A stretch of 64,000 bases of DNA, taken from Candidatus Sumerlaeia bacterium. GTDB taxonomy: Bacteria; Sumerlaeota; Sumerlaeia; SLMS01; JAHLLQ01. The stretch is from the NCBI GenBank assembly GCA_028284075.1, contig JANQSL010000070.1, positions 41,480 through 105,479 of the forward strand. The letters run 5' to 3'. The translations under genes were made by a program, and so were the position numbers. Under the pieces are notes generated by a model. It was given only the letters and a program-made list of their open reading frames with translations, searched no databases and was not told where the DNA came from. This document shows positions 1 to 7,602 of this stretch, one piece after another; within the stretch, counting starts at the first letter, position 1, and each line of letters starts with the position of its first letter.

Positions 1-1
1 A

Positions 2-409
2 ACCAAGGTCACCGGGATATTCGCGAATCAGATTCGCTATGCGTTGCCGGCCGTTCTTTCAGCAACCTGCAAGCCCAATCCCCTTTTGGCGTCCAGCACT
101 GTCACATTTCACGATTCCACCGTTCTGCGGCGGATTGTCGAACGATTTGCCGCCGATCCTCGATATCTGGATATGTATCAGGAGAAGGCCCGCATGAACA
201 GCCGCTATTTCACGGTGGAGCGTATTGCGGAGAGGATTCGTGAATCGATTGTTGAATCGCTGGAGAGAGGAATTTTCAGGAAATTCTCTCTCGATGTCAC
301 AAGCGACAAGCCGGCGGAGCGCAGGAGCGGCTATCGTGATGCAAGAAGGTCTCTGAGTGCCGGTACGAGAACCGCCGCGCCATCCTCGTGCATTTCCGGT
401 GAAGGATAG
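2..409 (+). CDS. C-terminal fragment of a gene that starts upstream of the window (hypothetical protein)
   Basis: Reading frame is open from position 2 to the stop at 409 with no in-frame stop to the window edge. The ORF track only shows the first TTG at 44. No family recognised. Confidence 0.3.
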   Translation, partial: TKVTGIFANQIRYALPAVLSATCKPNPLLASSTVTFHDSTVLRRIVERFAADPRYLDMYQEKARMNSRYFTVERIAERIRESIVESLERGIFRKFSLDVTSDKPAERRSGYRDARRSLSAGTRTAAPSSCISGEG

Positions 410-1269
410 TACTTGTTGTGAGTCCATAGTTCACCGCCAAGATCAGGCCGGTCCTTTGCGGGATCAACGGCAACGGGCGCTCCGGTCTGTCGGCTGATCA
501 GTTTCTGCGGTGAACCGCGTTTCGTGACACATTCCACGTAGCAATCGGAATGAGGGAGGATTTCCTCCATCATGCTTTGGTTAACAAGCTGCGGAAAATC
601 CTCGAAAAATCCCTGCAGCGAATCGTATCTGTCCGTGTATTCAGGGGTGCGGCGGGAAAACCAAAAAAGCACAACGGGAGGATCAATACGGTTCAGAAGC
701 TTTTGACAGTTATTCACCCAGTTTCGTCTTGTTTCGCAAACCAGCGCTTTGACACGAGGTCTTCCGTAGAGGCGAAGAAGTTCGCGTGCCAGCGTCCTGC
801 CCCGTGGAACATGTCTCCAAAGGTAGTTGACGTCCAGGATGCGCCTGAATGCCTCGTCGGCGGAAAGCCGTTTTCCGTCGGAGCGGCGAGTCATATACTC
901 AAGTCCCCCGCTTTCGTAAAGAGAGTTGTCTTCACTGCGCCCCGACATGACCTGAACAACGACAGCACAGGCGTTGTTAATCCATGGAAGAAGTTTTGTG
1001 TGACGAAGAAAAAAAAGCGGACCGGCACCTCCGTATCCCAGATTCAGAACGGGAAGCCCCAGCTCCTTACCAAGCAGGACGGTATAGGGGTTGTCACAGA
1101 AACAGCCAAAGGTCTGTGCCGCCCCCAGGCAGACGACATACCCCTTTTTTCCCAGAGACTTCGGCACCGGTCCTCTGAAAAACAGGCCCGTGTCGCCAAG
1201 CCTTGCCATTTGATAGTCGACGACCTCGGCATCCCGCTCCTGATAGCCTGAAAGGTGTTCTAGAGCCAT
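331..1269 (-). CDS. hypothetical protein (312 aa), globular, no family recognised
   Basis: Long ORF with non-repetitive composition. The overlapping + strand ORF 550..1251 is basic and low-complexity and is judged a shadow. Overlaps the downstream sulfotransferase gene by 10 nt, suggesting an operon. Confidence 0.4.
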   Translation of the reverse strand: MALEHLSGYQERDAEVVDYQMARLGDTGLFFRGPVPKSLGKKGYVVCLGAAQTFGCFCDNPYTVLLGKELGLPVLNLGYGGAGPLFFLRHTKLLPWINNACAVVVQVMSGRSEDNSLYESGGLEYMTRRSDGKRLSADEAFRRILDVNYLWRHVPRGRTLARELLRLYGRPRVKALVCETRRNWVNNCQKLLNRIDPPVVLFWFSRRTPEYTDRYDSLQGFFEDFPQLVNQSMMEEILPHSDCYVECVTKRGSPQKLISRQTGAPVAVDPAKDRPDLGGELWTHNKYYPSPEMHEDGAAVLVPALRDLLASR

Positions 1270-2390
1270 GGGAGAGGTCTTTCCAGTATCTCTGAAAGTC
1301 TCGCGATATCCTTGTGAAACCGTCTCATAAGATCCTGCCGGACCGAGGTCGAAAGGCGTGGTACGGAGGTCCTGTTGATTCGTACGAGAAGATTTCGAAA
1401 CCGCAGATAGTTGTTTCTCCGAAGCACCCTGCGAAACAGTTGATTCATCGAACGCGAAGTATGGACAAAGCGATGAAGATGCTCACTTCGTGGCCAGTAA
1501 CCACTTCTCATGTTGGTGTTCATATCGGGACTGAATGCCTCCTCGACATCGAGAAACCGGAAGACCGTTTTCATTGTTTCACGGGGTCCGGAAACGAATT
1601 CGTCATGGAGGAGAATCAGGAAGCGGTCGCGGGAAAAGATTTTGAGATATCGATCCAGCTGTTGGGCGTAGAGACCGGTCCGTACGTAATGCCAGTCCCA
1701 TCCCCAGTTCTCACGAATTCGTTCCGGCTCCGCATCGATCGCATTCCGGAGATTCAGAGGCTCACGAAAATACTCGTTCCGCATCATGCCATAGTGGGAA
1801 AGCAGTCGATCGACGGGATTGCGCAACAGGACAATGAAGCGTGCCTCCGGAACCATGTTGTGGATGTGCAGGGGAACTTGTGGCGCGTAAAGGTAGCGGA
1901 CGGAGGCCTCGCCGCGGACACGGTGATTTTCGAAGCCGCTAAATAATGCAAGATACCGCTCTGTGTCAGTGACGCTGTATTTGTGGAGGCTTTTCACCTG
2001 CGGGAGAAGGGAGGGGGGGCCGTGTTCGTCCCTGAGAGGCGTGTCCGGCGAAACAAAGTAGTTCGGCTCCTTGATGTGAGGCATTCCGACGTCAGGATGC
2101 TGACGGAGATAATGCCAGAGGGAACTTGTTCCGGACTTTGCGGCTCCGATGATGAAGAAGTTGGGATGCGCCAATGGTCTCTTGAATGACTCCTGATCTT
2201 TCACCCGCACTGCCCGAGGCAGTTCCAAAGGCCGTGTCGCTGCGGGCTGGTCAATCTTTCCCGGCGCGAGATCGTATCTCTTTTCCTGGAGACACTTGAA
2301 CAGCTGCTGATAAGGAACCTTCACCGGAACCCTTTGTGCGCTGCCGGAGTCTTCATGCAGCCCATTCAAAAGAAATCCGAATGTCCTCAT
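1260..2390 (-). CDS. carbohydrate sulfotransferase family protein (PAPS-dependent)
   Basis: 5'-PSB-like motif FFIIGAAKSGTSSL and 3'-PB-like motif RNPVDRLLSHY, typical of Sulfotransfer_1 (heparan-sulfate-type) enzymes. Confidence 0.7.
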   Translation of the reverse strand: MRTFGFLLNGLHEDSGSAQRVPVKVPYQQLFKCLQEKRYDLAPGKIDQPAATRPLELPRAVRVKDQESFKRPLAHPNFFIIGAAKSGTSSLWHYLRQHPDVGMPHIKEPNYFVSPDTPLRDEHGPPSLLPQVKSLHKYSVTDTERYLALFSGFENHRVRGEASVRYLYAPQVPLHIHNMVPEARFIVLLRNPVDRLLSHYGMMRNEYFREPLNLRNAIDAEPERIRENWGWDWHYVRTGLYAQQLDRYLKIFSRDRFLILLHDEFVSGPRETMKTVFRFLDVEEAFSPDMNTNMRSGYWPRSEHLHRFVHTSRSMNQLFRRVLRRNNYLRFRNLLVRINRTSVPRLSTSVRQDLMRRFHKDIARLSEILERPLPWL

Positions 2391-2464
2391 TACCCTAAAC
2401 CGGGTGTTCGGCTCCTGTCATCAAGAACGAGAAGGAAACCGCCTGACCCGTCCCGGACTGCGAA

Positions 2465-3628
2465 TCACTGAAGAGCCCAAACTGACTGCGGCTCCTCCGT
2501 CAGAGGGTCGTACGGGGTTGCACCTGCGGGAATCGTTACGCTGCCACCCATCGGACCCAGATTGGCGTTGATCGGTGTTGATCGATACGTGGGTCCCACG
2601 GTGTAGGGCCATGAAGGATCACCCTGTTCATCGATCGTTGCAAAATAGGCATATGTTCCCATCGGATACTCCGGCGTGACACAGAACCGGCCGTTGAACT
2701 CGTCAAGATCTCCGAAGCTTTCGACGTACTCGAAATCCTGTGCGAACGTGCCCAGGGGATTCTGTGGATTGATTGGCGGACCATGGAGGTTGGACGACAG
2801 AACAGTTCCATCGGCGAGCGATGTGCGGTCCACAATATCACGAAGTTTCCACGACGGAATCAATCGCTTCAAGCCACTGCCGGAATCTCCCGGGTCAGAG
2901 TATCCGTAAGCGCCATAGATGGGAATTCCGTCGAAGGACCATGCCATGACCGGCGAATGCAGGGTGCCGTCATCACCGAGCTGCTCCGCCAGCAGCGGTG
3001 GATACGTGTGGTAATGGTACGCGCCACCCGCCTGTTCACCCGGAGGCAGCTTGATCTGTCTGTTGGCCGCGGGATGTCGATGACGTGGACCATGGCTCCA
3101 TCGATGTTCGTGCCGCACGTCTTTTGGCGGACCCATCATGCCTGGTGAAGGATGTCCCAGCCCGGCATCCAGCGGTCTGACCGCGGGCGCGTTATACAAC
3201 CATATATCTTCGTCTTCGTAACTGGTCGAATCCGACCAATTGAACAGATGCACCCCGTTTACCGCCACCCCAATGGCCCCGAGAGGCGTTTCTGAATGAA
3301 CGTTTGCCGGGTTTTCCGGCACCTCCAGAGGCAATACCCATGTGTTGTTTGATTCGGTCGGATACGTGGGTCCTCCACCCGTCCACGGGCCAATCGGATG
3401 AGAGGGAATGCTGTCCGAAACGATGTAAGCGTTTGTCGCCGTGTACCAAACCTCCTGGATGTCCGCCGGGATATCGTCCACAGCATTGTGGACGGTCGGA
3501 TCGGTGCTGTTCCCACGGGCTTCATCCCTGTTGAACAACCACTTTGTTACCGCGGGAGATTGAGAGAAAGCGATGCCGCTGAATGCTGAAAGAACAATTA
3601 GCGGAATGAAAGTGCGTTGAATGGCCAT
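2465..3628 (-). CDS. secreted YHYH-domain protein
   Basis: N-terminal signal peptide (MAIQRTFIPLIVLSAFSGIAFSQ) and an internal GGAYHYHTYPP motif characteristic of the YHYH family. Confidence 0.6.
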   Translation of the reverse strand: MAIQRTFIPLIVLSAFSGIAFSQSPAVTKWLFNRDEARGNSTDPTVHNAVDDIPADIQEVWYTATNAYIVSDSIPSHPIGPWTGGGPTYPTESNNTWVLPLEVPENPANVHSETPLGAIGVAVNGVHLFNWSDSTSYEDEDIWLYNAPAVRPLDAGLGHPSPGMMGPPKDVRHEHRWSHGPRHRHPAANRQIKLPPGEQAGGAYHYHTYPPLLAEQLGDDGTLHSPVMAWSFDGIPIYGAYGYSDPGDSGSGLKRLIPSWKLRDIVDRTSLADGTVLSSNLHGPPINPQNPLGTFAQDFEYVESFGDLDEFNGRFCVTPEYPMGTYAYFATIDEQGDPSWPYTVGPTYRSTPINANLGPMGGSVTIPAGATPYDPLTEEPQSVWALQ

Positions 3629-4527
3629 TATGATTCAGGTGTCCTCGCTGGATGGCGAAACAGGGATGGAACCGACTTTTGCCGTCATCGTCAAATGACA
3701 ATTCATTAAGATTTCATTAATTGAGTCATCGTGATGCCTGAATTGCTGACGAGACAGGGACTCATTTTATGCCGGCGCCGAGACACAAGCCATCACGTCT
3801 TATGTTATGCTTGTTCGCCGTTCCATCATCATCGCCAGGCTTTTCTGTGTTGGAAAGTCGACTTTGATGCGTCGCCTCAGGAGAGGTGAGCTTCCAATTC
3901 CGCGCCGTCAGCTCGATATCGGGATTCCCGATGCAACAGCCCGCCGGGATGTTGAAGAGTGGCCGCAACCGCAGCCGTCACCCGATTCCGATATACTCTT
4001 TCACTAAGACATTTATGCTCAGTCGATACGGGGTGAAAGGTTTAATCACCTCGGGGACGTGGTCAGACGTTCCGGTCGCACGACCATTCTGACACTTTGT
4101 GTGCCTGGGTCTGAAATTTGTCGCCGGAACGGATTCCGATGCATCGAGGCGCTTTCCAACGTACGGCGGTTTACCGCGAATCCCGCACAGGGAACGCCGG
4201 TTGTTCGCCGCAGAATCCGCCGCCAGATCGCCTACTGCCCGACGGATACGGTGTCGACCTGCAACGTCCCGCCGATGGCTCTCCACAGCATGGCACTGAC
4301 TTGCATTTCCGTATTGGAGTTGGGGGAGTTCCGTGGCATCAAACGCTATCGTGAAGGCTGTCAGGTCATTGACGGTAACTTGTTCACGCTGTAGACCGGC
4401 CCTGAATCTCAACAAACGAGCGGTTTTTACCGTCTCTCCCAAGTGAGAAGGACTAGCCCTTGCGAACCTCTCGGGGTCTGGTAGTGTCGAACGGGCTGGC
4501 GATAAAGTCCTGAGGAGTATCCAATCA

Positions 4528-6561
4528 ATGGCTGAACTGGAACGCAAAGTCAGAGAAATCAGACGTCGACTGATGTGGTTTCTTTTTGCCGAGCTGGCCA
4601 GCCGAACTCTGTTGGCCTCTCTTTTCCTGGCCGTTTTGTACCTCCTTGCCTCGCGGTTGATGGCCATTCCGGCTGAGCCCCTTATTGTGACCGCGGCCCT
4701 TCTAGCTGGAGCCATTGTTTCCGCGGCCGTCTGGACATGGGTGCGCCGGGTCGACAATATCAAGGCCGCCCTCGCCGCTGATGAAACCCTGGGGCTTGGC
4801 GAGCGCCTCTCCAGCGCTTTGCTGCTCAGGGACTTTCGCGATTCCACCGGTGCAGTTGCCGCTCTTGAAAGTGACGCTGTGCGTCATGCCTCGGCAATCG
4901 ACCCGGGCCGCGACTTCAAGTTCCGCGTCCCTCGCCTTTTTAAGCATCTGGTCTGGCCACTTGGTGTCTTCGCTATCATGTATCTCGCTTTGCCTCAGAT
5001 GAACCTCCTTGCAAAGACAGGGGAGGATCAGGACCAGGAGCAGACTGCCGAGGAGCAGAAGGCAACAGAGCGGGTGCGTCAGAGCGAGGCGCGCAAGATT
5101 CGCGAGCTGGCAAAGGAGGCACAGAAGGTCGACGAGGAGGCGAAAGTCGCTGAAGCCGGCAAATTTGCCAGGGAGCTGGAGCGTCTGAGTGAGGACCTTT
5201 ATCTCGGCACAAAGGATCGCAAGGCGGTGGCTGCGGAGTTGTCGCGTCTAGAGGATTCCGTGAAGTTGCAGAAGCAGAGCCTCGAGCGTAAAACCGAACC
5301 CTTCAAACAGATTTCCGGTCTCAGGCGCGCGGAGAAGACTCGCGGCCTTCAACAGTCCTTGAAGGATCAGTCCTTCGAGGATGCCGCGGCACAAATGATG
5401 AATCTGGCGCAGCAGCAGCTCTCTCAAATGAATGCCAATGATACGCAGCAGCTCGCGGAGGAGATGCAAAATCTCGCCGATGAGGTGAAGGAAAACGAGC
5501 AAATGGCGGATGCTCTGAAGCAGACGGCTGACGCACTCGAACAGCTTGCTCAGGAAAAACACCAGCAGGAACAGGCAGAACAGGCTCAGCAACAGCAGCA
5601 GGGTCAGCAGGGCCAACAAGGACAGCAGGGCAATCCACAGCAACAGCAGGGTGCGCAATCAGGTCAGCAGCAGGCTCAGTCGGGTCAGCAACCGAACAAC
5701 CAGCAACAGGGGGGCAGCCCACAGGCTCAGACGGCTCAGCAGGGACAGTCACAGCAACAGCAGCAGGCGGGCTCTTCCGGTGCACAGCAGCAGGCTCAAC
5801 AGGCAATGCAGAACGCGGCTCAGCAGATGCAACAGCAGCAGGAGTTGATGCAGCAGATGGCGCAATTGGACCAGCTTGCACAGCAAATGAACAATACCCA
5901 GTCGTCCATGTTAAACCAGGAAGGCCAGCAGGCGGGTCAGGGTGGCCAGAATCAACAAGGCCAGCAGAACCAGAGCGGCAGCGAGGGCCAGGGTCAGCAG
6001 CAAGGTCAGCAGCAAAACGGTAGCGGCCAGGGTCAACAGGGCCAGGGTCAGCAGCAGGGGGGGACCCAACCGGGGGGTCAGCAGGGTTCCGGTCAACAAC
6101 AGGGTCAACAGCCCGGCGGTCAGTCAGGGTCACAGCAGAGCTCGCAACAAGGGCAGGGCCAGGGTCAGGGTCAGGGGCAAGGCCAGGGGAGTGGCAACAA
6201 TCCCAACAATAGCCCCAACCAGGGTCAGTGGAGTCAGGGGCAGCCGCAGTCTTCCGGGGGCGGGAGCGGTCAGGCGGGTCGAGGCCGGGGAGGACAGCCA
6301 CCGGATGCGGGGCTTGTGGATACTCAGTTTGTCGACGAAATGATTCGCGGTGAAAAAAATGAGGGTGAGATTCTGGCGGTGATTGAAATCGATGCACCGG
6401 CAGTGAAAGGCGAATCGAACGTTCGCTATCGTCAGATTTATAACAGCCAGGCTCAGAAGGCCGCTGATGCAATGAAACAGAACGAAATCCCGTTGGGTTA
6501 TCGCAATAAAGTCCGCGATTACTTCCGGGCGATTAATCCCGAAAAGAGCGCGGAGCCCTGA
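4528..6561 (+). CDS. membrane protein with N-terminal double TM anchor, coiled-coil region and a ~250-aa Q/G/S-rich low-complexity domain
   Basis: ATG preceded by GAGGAG 8 nt upstream. Two hydrophobic helices at residues ~17-70. Charged heptad-like segment (res 160-340), then a poly-Q/G tract, then a non-repetitive C-terminal ~70 aa. The first gene of a same-strand, tightly packed gene run. Confidence 0.6.
   Translation: MAELERKVREIRRRLMWFLFAELASRTLLASLFLAVLYLLASRLMAIPAEPLIVTAALLAGAIVSAAVWTWVRRVDNIKAALAADETLGLGERLSSALLLRDFRDSTGAVAALESDAVRHASAIDPGRDFKFRVPRLFKHLVWPLGVFAIMYLALPQMNLLAKTGEDQDQEQTAEEQKATERVRQSEARKIRELAKEAQKVDEEAKVAEAGKFARELERLSEDLYLGTKDRKAVAAELSRLEDSVKLQKQSLERKTEPFKQISGLRRAEKTRGLQQSLKDQSFEDAAAQMMNLAQQQLSQMNANDTQQLAEEMQNLADEVKENEQMADALKQTADALEQLAQEKHQQEQAEQAQQQQQGQQGQQGQQGNPQQQQGAQSGQQQAQSGQQPNNQQQGGSPQAQTAQQGQSQQQQQAGSSGAQQQAQQAMQNAAQQMQQQQELMQQMAQLDQLAQQMNNTQSSMLNQEGQQAGQGGQNQQGQQNQSGSEGQGQQQGQQQNGSGQGQQGQGQQQGGTQPGGQQGSGQQQGQQPGGQSGSQQSSQQGQGQGQGQGQGQGSGNNPNNSPNQGQWSQGQPQSSGGGSGQAGRGRGGQPPDAGLVDTQFVDEMIRGEKNEGEILAVIEIDAPAVKGESNVRYRQIYNSQAQKAADAMKQNEIPLGYRNKVRDYFRAINPEKSAEP
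5560..6310. repeat. CAG/CAA/GGN-rich low-complexity DNA tract encoding the poly-Q/G domain
   Basis: Direct reading: reiterated cagcagggtcag / ggccagggtcag units, e.g. (GGNCAR)n at 6161-6200 encoding GQGQGQGQGQ. Generates long shadow ORFs on the opposite strand. Confidence 0.7.
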
Positions 6562-6642
6562 CGGCGAAGCGGCAGGGAGAGGAAAACCGCGGGACGGCGC
6601 GGGCGGGTTGTAAAGAAAGCGCCATTCCGGTGGGTTGAACGT

Positions 6643-7602
6643 GTGAATCGGATCGGAATTCTGACAGCATCTGCTCTGGCAACCATGGCTTGCTTTTTTG
6701 TTGGCTGCGGGAATTCCGTGGAGTCCGGGGGTGCACGGGTGATTGGCGCCGTTGGCCGGCAGCCAGGTCAGTTTGCCAAGCCTCGCGCTGTGGCTTTTGC
6801 ACAAGACAACTCTCTGTATGTGATTGATCGTAGTGGCCGGATTCAGATCATGGATTCTGAAACCGGCGAGTTTATCAGCAAATGGAACCTGCCGGGCTGG
6901 TCCAATGGAACGCCCACGGGTATCACTGTCGACAATGATGGAGAGTCGCTCTGGGTTGCTGACACGCACTATCAGCAAATTCTACATTACGACCGCGATG
7001 GCAATATTCTGACGCAATGGGGCGAGGACGGCACCGATCCCGGGCAGATGATTTTTCCGACGGATGTCTGTCCCGATCCTGACGGGCGGACCGTTTGGGT
7101 GACCGAGTACGGTCAGCGCAGCCGCATCATGCAGTTTACCCGCGACGGCGAATTCGTCCGCGAGTGGGGGAGCGGCGTTTATGAGTACAGCGATCTGCAA
7201 CGCCCGATGGCGATCGCCGTTTCGGACGACGGCAGCATCTTCGTTGCGGACGCGGGTAATCATCGCATTCTGATCTTCGACCGCGACCTTGGGTTGAGAG
7301 CAACCTGGGGTGAACCGGGAGAGGAGCCGGGCCAGTTGAAGTATCCCTACGATATTGCATTCGCGCCCGATGGCACTCTCTACGTTTGCGAATACGGGAC
7401 CAGTCGTGTGAGTCGCTTCACTGCGGACGGGGATTTTCTCGGCCTTTGGGGAGGTCCGGGTCATGATGCGGGACGCCTCTACTCACCCTGGGGCGTGGCG
7501 ATTGCGCCGAACGGTTTTGTTGCGGTGGCCGATACAAACAACGGACGGATTCAGATTATCGAGCAACCAGAGCGGCGATTCAATTCGGGAGGATCCGCTT
7601 AG
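6643..7602 (+). CDS. NHL-repeat beta-propeller lipoprotein
   Basis: GTG start. Lipoprotein-type signal with FVGC lipobox. Repeated NHL-like blades (e.g. IAVSDDGSIFVADAGNHRILIFD; VAIAPNGFVAVADTNNGRIQIIE). Confidence 0.7.
   Translation: MNRIGILTASALATMACFFVGCGNSVESGGARVIGAVGRQPGQFAKPRAVAFAQDNSLYVIDRSGRIQIMDSETGEFISKWNLPGWSNGTPTGITVDNDGESLWVADTHYQQILHYDRDGNILTQWGEDGTDPGQMIFPTDVCPDPDGRTVWVTEYGQRSRIMQFTRDGEFVREWGSGVYEYSDLQRPMAIAVSDDGSIFVADAGNHRILIFDRDLGLRATWGEPGEEPGQLKYPYDIAFAPDGTLYVCEYGTSRVSRFTADGDFLGLWGGPGHDAGRLYSPWGVAIAPNGFVAVADTNNGRIQIIEQPERRFNSGGSA

Noticed and set aside
550-1251. 233-aa plus-strand ORF overlapping the 312-aa minus-strand gene
   Set aside because: The product is basic and low-complexity, whereas the minus-strand product has globular composition and is operon-linked (10-nt overlap) to the sulfotransferase. 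Kept the minus-strand call.
3978-4847. 289-aa minus-strand ORF rich in Arg/Ala/Ser
   Set aside because: Extreme low-complexity basic composition that is typical of an out-of-frame reading in GC-rich DNA. It overlaps the well-supported N-terminus of the Q-rich membrane protein and shows no start context.
5321-6472. 383-aa minus-strand ORF (and 5248..5658, 5942..6343, 5911..6108) inside the CAG/GGN repeat tract
   Set aside because: Shadow ORFs generated by the repetitive tract. Their proteins are pure P/A/R or L-rich low complexity. The plus-strand frame has an RBS, TM helices and non-repetitive termini.
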